Shown here piece by piece: positions 1 to 8,505 of a stretch of 64,000 nt of DNA. Position 1 is the stretch's first letter, and each line of letters begins with the position of its first letter. Made by a program: the position numbers and the translations under genes. The stretch covers positions 1 through 64,000 of the forward strand of contig CAWEDJ010000028.1 of assembly GCA_963807635.1 (NCBI GenBank), written 5' to 3'. The stretch is from an uncultured cyanobacterium. GTDB lineage: Bacteria; Cyanobacteriota; Cyanobacteriia; Cyanobacteriales; Microcystaceae. The notes below the pieces were generated by a model. The model was given only the letters and a program-made list of their open reading frames with translations, searched no databases and was not told where the DNA came from.

Positions 1-1171
1 TCATTTAAATAGCATATAATGAAAGTAAAAAAGGAGAAAAGTCATGCCAGTAAAAAATCATCTAAAAACGGATGAAAAACAGAAACTACAAAACGAACTG
101 AAATATAATGAACATCCAGATATCAGGGAGAGAATCCTGATATTATTATTACAAAATGATGGTAAAACTCAACAAGAAATAGCAGATTTTGTAGGATGCT
201 CATTAAGAAAGATAGCCTATTGGTGTGTTCATGGAGATGCCAATAACCTGGAAAGCCTAAAAGATAAAAGAATGGAAGGGAATTATCAAAAAGCGACTCC
301 AGAATATGTTAATAAACTTTTGGAGGTAATAAATAAAGACCCCGAAGAATTAGGTTACGAATTTGGGAGATGGACAGCACAAAGATTAGCAAAATATTTA
401 GAAAGAGAGACAGGAATAAAGTTAAGTGGAAGTCAAGTAAGAAGAATATTAAAATCAAAAAAGTATGTGTATATTTGGGCAAAATATAGCTTAGAAGAAA
501 GCCAAGACCCAGAGAAAAGAAAGCTATTTAAGGAAAAATTTGATAAATATTTAAAAATAGCAAAAGAGTCGCCAGAGCGTCTCCAGATATGGTTTTGGGA
601 TGAATCTGGGTTCGGTTTGAGGGTGTTAAGACGAAAAAATTGGAGCAAAAAAGGAAAAAGAAAGAAAGTGAAGGGAAATAGAAGAAAAGGAAGAGTAAAT
701 GTAATGGGAGCATTGAGACTTTCAGATAAAAAAACACGAGTAGAATTTCTAGAAAAAGGAACAGGAGAAAACTTCTTTAAAGTGTTGGAAGGGTTTTATG
801 AAGACATAAAAATAGAATGGTCAGAAAATGGTAATAAAATAGAAGAGTTTGAAATTAACGGGCCAAAAATACTGGTTATATTAGATAATGCAAGTATTCA
901 TAAAAAGAAAGAGTTTCTAGAGAAAATAAAAGAGAAAATGCCGAATTTAATAATAGAGTTTTTACCAGAATATAGTCCAGACTATAACTTAATAGAGTTG
1001 GTATGGCATTCAGCGAAAGAGTTTATTGCAAACCGTCTATTTAAGTCAATAGAAGAACTAGAAGAACTCCTTAACCGATTACTAAATGAGGGGGAGCTAG
1101 TTATAAATTGGGGGCGGAAGCTAAAAAACAAGGGTAACGCTGTCAATGCAGTTTAAATGCTCAACAGCTTA
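1..1171 (+). mobile_element. IS630-family insertion sequence; left end just outside the window
   Basis: Contains the transposase. Right end TTTAAATGCTCAACAGCTTA (1152-1171) ends in TA; its reverse complement (...CATTTAAA) matches CATTTAAA at 2-9, the inner part of the left inverted repeat. Confidence 0.85.
44..1156 (+). CDS. IS630-family transposase
   Basis: N-terminal HTH and winged-HTH (GRWTAQRL); DDE motifs FWDESGF, ILDNASIH, LPEYSPDYNLIELVW. Confidence 0.95.
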   Translation: MPVKNHLKTDEKQKLQNELKYNEHPDIRERILILLLQNDGKTQQEIADFVGCSLRKIAYWCVHGDANNLESLKDKRMEGNYQKATPEYVNKLLEVINKDPEELGYEFGRWTAQRLAKYLERETGIKLSGSQVRRILKSKKYVYIWAKYSLEESQDPEKRKLFKEKFDKYLKIAKESPERLQIWFWDESGFGLRVLRRKNWSKKGKRKKVKGNRRKGRVNVMGALRLSDKKTRVEFLEKGTGENFFKVLEGFYEDIKIEWSENGNKIEEFEINGPKILVILDNASIHKKKEFLEKIKEKMPNLIIEFLPEYSPDYNLIELVWHSAKEFIANRLFKSIEELEELLNRLLNEGELVINWGRKLKNKGNAVNAV

Positions 1172-1227
1172 GTTACATCTGCACTTGAATCAAATTAAAT
1201 TGGTGTAATTTAATTATAAAATTTTGA

Positions 1228-1634
1228 ATAACGATTCTTGTCGGTAGGAATTGAGGATTGAAACGTTTCATCAGTTAAAATTAATTTACCGTTACTAAGA
1301 TAACAATTCTCTCGAATGGGAATTGAGGGTTGAAACCATCTTATAATTTAATAATTGATGAATTGATGGGTCAAAAAATAGACTCATCACGACTCTTTTT
1401 AAAAGAGTTGAGGATTGAAACATTCTAAGGTATTCTAAATTTTTCCCAGTTCCCTAAAAAGGGAATTGAGGGTTGAAACGGGCTACTGGCCCCCTATTGG
1501 TTAGGGGCTGATAGTCAACGGTTTTCTCGACAAGAGACTGAGGATTGAAACGGGCTTCTAGCTCCGATTTATTTGGAGCTAATCGTAAGGTAATTTTACT
1601 GCGATTTTTCCGAGGAGAAATTGAGGGTTGAAAC
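1228..1634 (+). CRISPR. Degenerate CRISPR-like array: 6 repeats of 36-37 nt and 5 spacers of 35, 49, 21, 35 and 46 nt; no cas1/cas2/cas6/effector gene in the window
   Basis: Repeats at 1228-1264, 1300-1336, 1386-1421, 1443-1479, 1515-1551 and 1598-1634. All end TGAGG(A/G)TTGAAAC and carry an internal hairpin. Orientation inferred from the canonical 3' (A/G)TTGAAAC. Confidence 0.7.
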
Positions 1635-1829
1635 AAGTTTTTTTGCTCATGTAAAATAAATGGTTGTGGCGGGACTACAGCAGTTTGCGATCGGCATTCT
1701 ATAAGGAGAGAGCAATATACTGTTAGTTACCGTCATCGCTATCTTTTTTTCTTGAATTTACACTACTGTTCATTATGTTTTGATAATGCGATCGCATTCA
1801 GAATCTTTTTCCTAAATCGGCGATCGCTC

Positions 1830-2171
1830 TTAATTTTGTAACCAACGGATTAATTTTGCTCTAATGCGTGTTAGTCGTTCGAGTGAAATATTTCCTAGAC
1901 GAGCGTTAATCACGGATAATTCGACGCTCGTTAATCGTCCTAATCGAATGACGGAAGCAACTTTTAAACCTGTGGTGGTATAGTCCTGGTCTGCTAGGCT
2001 AATAATCTCGTCAAATTCTGGAGTTGCTTGATAAAGACGCGAAGAAATTAAAGCGAGTAATAGGTCAGAATGGCGACTCGGTGAAATGGCGATCACTAGT
2101 GCAGGACGAAGTTTTCCTTGTTTTAAGTCGGCTTGAGGAAAACGAATTAAGACAATATCACCTGGTTTCAT
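1830..2171 (-). CDS. Type II TA toxin, PemK/MazF family
   Basis: MKPGDIVLIRFPQAD...KLRPALVI and GLKVASVIRLGRL motifs; 4-nt overlap with the upstream small gene. Confidence 0.9.
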   Translation of the reverse strand: MKPGDIVLIRFPQADLKQGKLRPALVIAISPSRHSDLLLALISSRLYQATPEFDEIISLADQDYTTTGLKVASVIRLGRLTSVELSVINARLGNISLERLTRIRAKLIRWLQN

Positions 2172-2401
2172 GGTTTATAGATTTCTTGGGCATCTTCTAG
2201 GGAATATTCAATTTCTTCATCATCATTAAAAAAAATCTGTAATGAAAATTCTTGCCAGTCTTTATCTTCCCAGTTACTATACTCTGGCATATTGCTTTGT
2301 TGCGTTATTATAGATGAGGTGAAATTGGCAATTTGTTCAACGATGTGATCAGGGAGTTGATCAATCTGTTGATGGAGTTTTTCACGGGATGTTACAGACA
2401 T
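2168..2401 (-). CDS. Probable antitoxin (DUF2281-like) of the PemK toxin
   Basis: 77 aa with REKLHQQIDQLPD..VEQIANF start and acidic C-terminus; ATGA-type overlap with the toxin gene. Confidence 0.7.
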   Translation of the reverse strand: MSVTSREKLHQQIDQLPDHIVEQIANFTSSIITQQSNMPEYSNWEDKDWQEFSLQIFFNDDEEIEYSLEDAQEIYKP

Positions 2402-2456
2402 AGGCTAATTAGTTTGTTGATTACTGAATATATAAAGAAAATATAATGAATTAATA

Positions 2457-4693
2457 TTAATGCCACCACTGTTTTTCTCCTTCACGTTCTAGGTGATAGA
2501 GTCCTTTTAAAGTTTTATAGCCAATTTTATCTGACGAATAAATCGGCATAGGTATTCCTGCTTCTTTGTATGATCCATGATGTAATAAGCATAATTTTAT
2601 TACTGCTTCAAGTACATCATCTAAAGGAGGAATTTCCCCATCTTGGGCAATAGTTACCCGAATAGGTTGAACTAAACCAGTAAGAGGCTTTGTTGTTGCT
2701 ATTGTTGCCTCCCTTTCAGAATGCTTAAAAATCAGATATTGAGAAGGTTTTTGTAATGTTGTTTGACTTTTTTTTCCTTCTTGATCCAATAATGTTATCT
2801 GATTAAATAAACGACAAGCTCCTGTCTTAGTAATTTCTACAAAAATAAATTTAGCTCCAATTGCCTCTACTCTTTCCTTTAAAAAACTGATTTCTTTTCC
2901 TTTAAATCTACCATCACGAAAAATCAAGACTTTTTTTTCAAATAAATCGTCAAAAGGTAAAAGTTTTCGGATAACTTCAATCGGGATTTCTTCACCTTCA
3001 ATCCTACTATCAGCTAATTTATACTTGATAAATTCTCCACTTGAGCCATAAATTCTAACGCAAGCGCAAGCATTTTTTGTTCCTCCAGTTTTACGTTTTC
3101 GTTCATGAGCAACATCTAAACCAATAAAATAATCTGCTACTTTGAGCGGCTCAGCAAGAATAAAAGGAAGATTTCCTAATTTGGATAAAATTCCTAAAAT
3201 TATATTATTAATGATATAGTTATTAACTAAATTTTCTTCTTTTATCATTTGACTTGCTATTCCTCTTGGGATTAATTGATGAGAGGTATGATAATAATAA
3301 CTTCCTCTTTCAGTATGATTAAAGCCTTATCTCCGATAGGGAGAATAGTAATAACTAAGTCAGGTTCTAAGGCAACAATTCTTTCAACTTCTTTTTCTAT
3401 TAAAACAGCATCTTTCTCAGACATACTTCCTTCAATTTCTAAAGGAATTTTTTCAATAAATTTTATCGGAAAATTTAAATCTTTTAATTGTAATTCTATT
3501 CTTCTTAAAAATGGACTAGCTTGACTCTTTCCCAATTTTAATACACACACATTTAAATGGCTAGATAAATCTTTAAAGTCTTTATAGCGACGGTAAACTC
3601 CACCTTTTTTTAAACCTTCCTTGATTTGTGATCTGGGAACAATGGTACTGTTTCCGAAACAAAGTTTCACGCTATCTTGATTAAAATTAGAAACATAAAA
3701 ATTTTGATGATAATCTTGAGAGCTAACATATTCTTTTTCAAGCTTTATTTCCCAGGCACTAAGAGTTTTTGAAGAATTTTCATAAGCTTTAGTTAATAAT
3801 TTTTGCCATTCATCAAGACTAATTTTTGTTTTGCTACGATAAAATTCATAATCAATTCCCAAGTATTTAGAATTATTCTCATTAATAACAATGCTCAAAC
3901 CATCAAGAACATAATGAGCATAACTTTCCTTACCCCAATGTGTAGTTTTTACATTAACAATAGGATCAGAAATCTCACTATCTTCTATGATCTTACGAGT
4001 TCTAGGATGTAAATCAGGATAACTTAATAATCTAGCTTTTTGTTCATCATTACAATATTCAACAATTTCTTCAATGATGCCATTATTTCCTGAAATAAAT
4101 CTATTTTCAACATTTAAATCTTTAAGAATATCATTATTTTTTTGATTTTTTAGCCAATAATCTTTCAATGTTCCTGGATATTTGCCAGAAGTTCGCCAGT
4201 CAAAAATTAAAGCGGCCTTATTTGAGAATGTTTCTGGTGAAATTTTTAAATATCGATAAATACTTATTCGTTCAGCTATCTGCTTATCAATATCAAGAAA
4301 GACTTTCCATGAATCTTGGGAAACTTCACGACGCAAAATATGAGATGCTAATTGAGAAAGAATGTGTGATTCAGGATGTTCTACTTTATCTAATTTCTGT
4401 ATTGTAAGATTTAGAAATCCTTCTTTTATTTGTAAATTAATAGCTATTTCGTTGAGTTGTTCTTGCCACTCTTTTATTTTTTTTCCTTGATCATTTGGAT
4501 GGCGAATTAGCCAAAATTTTCCTTGACAATAAACAGCTTTGGTTAATTGATTCTTTTTAGAAAATTCGTAAGCGATTTGATTACCTTGCTCAACCGATAA
4601 ATTAGAAACAACGTTCATATAACCAAGACGTGCTTTCTCAGTTATTTTAATTGCAATCATATTACTTGTATAACTATTTAATTTATTAGACAT
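2457..4693 (-). CDS. ago: Long prokaryotic Argonaute (~745 aa), split in two ORFs (3272-4693 and 2457-3248) by a 1-nt frameshift near 3325
   Basis: PIWI tetrad GLDV / EGEE / FRDG / SSDK (DEDD). Shifting frame after GDK gives ...GSYYYHTSHQLIPRGIASQMI...ILGILSKLG (MID region), running into the second ORF. C-terminus EGEKQWWH resembles cyanobacterial pAgos. Confidence 0.9.
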
Positions 4694-5489
4694 ACTCTAA
4701 GTAATCCTCACAAATAGAATTAAATTGACAGTATTGACAACCTTTGCCTGGAGTACCAGGAAAAATATTCTCAAAAAGCCTAGGATCATCACGATATAGA
4801 GTTATTTGTTCCTGATGCTTAATTGCAATTTTAGCTAATTTGATTTTAACAAAATCTAATTCCTCCTTTGTTGCTGAGTATATTTCTGATTGTTTCTTAG
4901 ATTCTAAGTTATAAAAAGAAGCAATAGCTTTTTTATCTTCATATAAATATTGACTAGCCAATAAATAAATAAAAGCTTGCCTCAAATCATAACTATTATC
5001 ATTTTTTCCCGTTTTGAAATCTATAATATGTATTGTTTCTGCATTTTCTTCAATCACACAATCAAATTTGAAAAAAAGCTTATAATAAATACCATTTGCA
5101 AAAACTGAAATACTGGCAGGTTTATCTCCTTCTGATTCCAAATAAATGACTTTTTTATTCTTTAAAAAAGGGTAATCTAAATAATTTATTAGTACTTGGA
5201 AAACTCTCTCTTGAATTTCTTTAGTTTCTTGGTAAAGATTTAGAAATTCAGAAGCAATAACATTAATTCCAGACTGGGTAAGATGCTGTGGATTATGATA
5301 TAAGTAGTAAATTCCTCGTTGGGCTAATTTACCAATTTTTTGAGGAGTGGTATCTTGTTTGTTGAGAGAACCAATATTGGGAACTTCTTTACTTATTATT
5401 CTCGAATAACCACGTTTTTTGTGACAATGAGAATCTTCAAGTCCCTGTTGAGGAACAAATTCTCTCCATAATGAATAAGAAGACCACAT
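4686..5489 (-). CDS. Cas4-like PD-(D/E)XK nuclease, ACE1-like (Argonaute-associated)
   Basis: FDC...IIDFKTG nuclease motif; N-terminal Cys (HCHKK) plus C-terminal CQYCQFNSIC, the split Fe-S ligand pattern of Cas4/AddB; overlaps the pAgo start by 8 nt. Confidence 0.85.
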   Translation of the reverse strand: MWSSYSLWREFVPQQGLEDSHCHKKRGYSRIISKEVPNIGSLNKQDTTPQKIGKLAQRGIYYLYHNPQHLTQSGINVIASEFLNLYQETKEIQERVFQVLINYLDYPFLKNKKVIYLESEGDKPASISVFANGIYYKLFFKFDCVIEENAETIHIIDFKTGKNDNSYDLRQAFIYLLASQYLYEDKKAIASFYNLESKKQSEIYSATKEELDFVKIKLAKIAIKHQEQITLYRDDPRLFENIFPGTPGKGCQYCQFNSICEDYLEYV

Positions 5490-5556
5490 TAGATAGCTAG
5501 AAATTTTAAAAGAGTAAGCATTGAAGTTGTATAGATAGTATTATATCGCAGATTAA

Positions 5557-8028
5557 TCAAGTTAAAATCTCCTTACCAATCATTTTTTGATAACGAACCT
5601 CAAGCTCCTGCCTCAAAGACGGTAAATGACTCAAACTTTGATCCGCCATCATCAACTTTTCTGCCGCTTCCCTCGCCAATAATAAAACCTCCTGATCCTC
5701 CACCAAACTCGCTAACGCAAAATCAGGTAAACCCGACTGACGACTCCCCAAAACCTCACCAGGCCCGCGTAACCGTAAATCCATCTCCGAAATAAAAAAG
5801 CCATCCTGGGATTGTTCCAACACACTTAAACGCTGACGAGCATCCGCATTTTTACTACTGCTCATCAACAAACAATAGGATTGATGGGAACCCCGTCCCA
5901 CCCGACCGCGTAACTGATGCAATTGAGATAACCCAAAACGTTCGGCATTTTCGATTAACATCACCGTTGCATTCGGCACATCCACTCCGACCTCAATCAC
6001 CGTTGTCGAAACAATAATTTGCGTTTGGCGATCGCGGAAAGCATTGAGAGCGGCTTCCTTTTCAGCAGAACTCATACGGCCATGCAAAAGCCCAATTTGA
6101 AAATCAGGAAACACCACTTCCGATAAATGCTTATGCTCTTCAACGGCAGCTTTTAACGCTAATTTTTCAGACTCTTCAATCATCGGGAAAATAATATAAA
6201 CCTGACGACCTTGAGCCACTTCTCTGCGAATTAGATCAAAGGCTTGAGGGCGTTCTTTGGACGTTAAAGCGGTTGTTTGAATCGCCTGTCTGCCTGGCGG
6301 TAATTCATCAATTTGACTCACATCTAAATCCCCATGTAAGGTTAAAGCCATTGTCCGAGGAATGGGAGTTGCCGTCATCGTTAAAACGTGGGGAGATTCG
6401 CCTTTTGCTAACAATTTTGCCCGTTGTAAAACCCCAAAACGATGCTGTTCATCAATGACCACTAAGCCCAATTTTTGAAAATTTACCTTCTCTTGGATCA
6501 GGGCATGGGTTCCCACTAATAAAGGTAATTCTCCTGTTTCTAATTGAGCATAAATTTCTCGTCTTTTGGCAACTTTCGTGGAACCCGTTAATAATTCCAC
6601 AGGTAAATGGAGCATATTAAACCAACCCACTAATTTATGATAATGTTGTTCCGCTAAAACTTCTGTGGGAGCCATTAATGCCCCCTGATAACCCGATTGA
6701 ATGGCCGCTAAAAGAGCAATTACTGCGACAACCGTTTTACCTGAACCCACATCTCCCTGGACTAAGCGATTCATGGGGGTTGCTAACTCTAAATCTGCCA
6801 AAATTTCGTTAATGACTCGACGTTGAGCGTTGGTTAAACTGAAGGGCAAAATCTTATTAAAATTTTCAATTAATTCACCTCTGGGCGTAAAAATTGCACT
6901 TTTTTCCGTACTTTTTTGTTTTTGCCGACGGTGCAGAAAGCCTAATTGTAAATAGAAAAATTCATCAAATACTAATCGTCTTTTAGCATGAATTAAATGC
7001 TCCGAACTTTCGGGAAAATGGATATTTTTAATGGCTTCTGGTAAATCGATTAAACCGTAGGATTTTTTAATCCCCACAGGTAAAGGATCTTCCAGTTGTT
7101 TAATCGCTCCCATTGCCATCAAAACAGATTTACGAACCAGATCGGCAGGAACTCCTTCCGTTAAAGGATAAACGGGTAAAACGCGACCAATCGTGACAGA
7201 TTCAATATGGGAACTAATGCTATCGAGGATTTCTAATTCAGGATTATCCAGAGTTAAGCCATATTTAGTTTCCTTGACTAAACCCGATGCGGCGATCGCG
7301 GTTCCAGGGGCATAAATACGTTTAATACTTTCTTGCCAGCCCTTATTGCTGTAGCGATGACCCGCATAAAAACGATTTAATTTGATTCTGCTGGTATTGT
7401 CCCTAATTAATAGCTCAAAAATAGTTAAATTTCTCTTATTAGGACTAGAAAAACAATTACAACGAACAACTGTTCCCACTAATGTAACTGTTTCTCCTGC
7501 GGTTAATTGGGAAATAGTTACTTGACGGGCATAGTCGATATGATTGCGAGGATAATAAAACAATAAATCACGGACAGTTCCTAATCCTAATTTTTGCAAT
7601 AAACTACTTTTTCGCGTGCCAATTTCAGGAATTTCTTTTAATAATTGTTCGAGTTTAAGATCACTTGTTTGAGTAATAGTAGAGGCAATCGTGGTGATTT
7701 CTTTCACCTTAGGGACTTTGGGCGGAGGCGGTTCGGTGGGCTTCTCTAAATCTCGACGGAGTTCCAATAAAAAGCGACGAGTCTCCGCGATCAGAGTTTG
7801 TCGTTGGGATTGGGTAAATTGAGGATATTGGGCAAATTTCGCGCCGAATTCCTGCCAGCGACGACGCGAATCTGTCGGCGTTCCCTGGGGATGCCTATTC
7901 CCAAAGGTCAGACAAAAAAACTCACTAAAACGGTACTGATTGCCCTGAATATCCATAAAACCGCGCTCTGCTTCCACAGAGAGGGCTTTTTGTAAGCGTA
8001 ACCAATCGGGCGTGTCTTGTTCTCCCAC
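5557..8028 (-). CDS. recG: ATP-dependent DNA helicase RecG
   Basis: QGDVGSGKT, DEQHRFG, MTATPIPRT, QLHQLRGRVGRG, DLRLRGPGE. Confidence 0.97.
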   Translation of the reverse strand: MGEQDTPDWLRLQKALSVEAERGFMDIQGNQYRFSEFFCLTFGNRHPQGTPTDSRRRWQEFGAKFAQYPQFTQSQRQTLIAETRRFLLELRRDLEKPTEPPPPKVPKVKEITTIASTITQTSDLKLEQLLKEIPEIGTRKSSLLQKLGLGTVRDLLFYYPRNHIDYARQVTISQLTAGETVTLVGTVVRCNCFSSPNKRNLTIFELLIRDNTSRIKLNRFYAGHRYSNKGWQESIKRIYAPGTAIAASGLVKETKYGLTLDNPELEILDSISSHIESVTIGRVLPVYPLTEGVPADLVRKSVLMAMGAIKQLEDPLPVGIKKSYGLIDLPEAIKNIHFPESSEHLIHAKRRLVFDEFFYLQLGFLHRRQKQKSTEKSAIFTPRGELIENFNKILPFSLTNAQRRVINEILADLELATPMNRLVQGDVGSGKTVVAVIALLAAIQSGYQGALMAPTEVLAEQHYHKLVGWFNMLHLPVELLTGSTKVAKRREIYAQLETGELPLLVGTHALIQEKVNFQKLGLVVIDEQHRFGVLQRAKLLAKGESPHVLTMTATPIPRTMALTLHGDLDVSQIDELPPGRQAIQTTALTSKERPQAFDLIRREVAQGRQVYIIFPMIEESEKLALKAAVEEHKHLSEVVFPDFQIGLLHGRMSSAEKEAALNAFRDRQTQIIVSTTVIEVGVDVPNATVMLIENAERFGLSQLHQLRGRVGRGSHQSYCLLMSSSKNADARQRLSVLEQSQDGFFISEMDLRLRGPGEVLGSRQSGLPDFALASLVEDQEVLLLAREAAEKLMMADQSLSHLPSLRQELEVRYQKMIGKEILT

Positions 8029-8505
8029 AGATGTTCATCAAACCTTATTTGTTGACTGTTGATCTACTATTTTAATCAATTATCTCAAATTTTCATCTTT
8101 TTCTATCATTCAAATAAAATTTAGGGAATCTATGAACCCTGTTTTTTCAATTCCCAATAGTAACTAAAATTCCGAATCTTTATTCAAGAATTAACTTAAA
8201 GATTGTTAAATTGATTGATTTTAGGATTTGTTTTAAATTTTTCAGTAAAAAATATTTTTATCGAGTTAATTAATAATATTGAATTTCTCAATCTTCACAA
8301 AAAAAACATAAATGTGAACGTATTTTGTCATAAATATGGCAAAAAAAATGAGATGTAAAATGCTTTTTCATTAAATTTTATGGATAAACTGATTGAGTGA
8401 TTGAATTCCTATGCTAGTCTTGTATTTAAATAGATAAAAAATATCTGCGATCGCGATTTCTTTTTAATATGCTTTCGTGGTATTCCAGTTTGGATAAGAT
8501 AGAAT

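Noticed and set aside
1172..1190. Possible seventh repeat ending TTGAATC one period before repeat 1
   Set aside because: Lacks TGAGG and the stem; too weak.
1265..1299. Loose similarity of spacer 1 (reverse complement) to 58480-58500
   Set aside because: Gapped match in very AT-rich DNA; consistent with chance.
1454..1636. 60-aa minus-strand ORF with repeated ARFNPQ
   Set aside because: Antisense reading of the array repeats; no other sign of coding.
2457..3248. Reading this ORF as a short or naturally split pAgo
   Set aside because: The break falls inside the MID region, one base restores a typical long pAgo, and similar indels occur across the window.
4686..5489. Calling this a canonical CRISPR adaptation cas4
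   Set aside because: No cas1/cas2 in the window; size and coupling to pAgo fit the ACE1-like family better.
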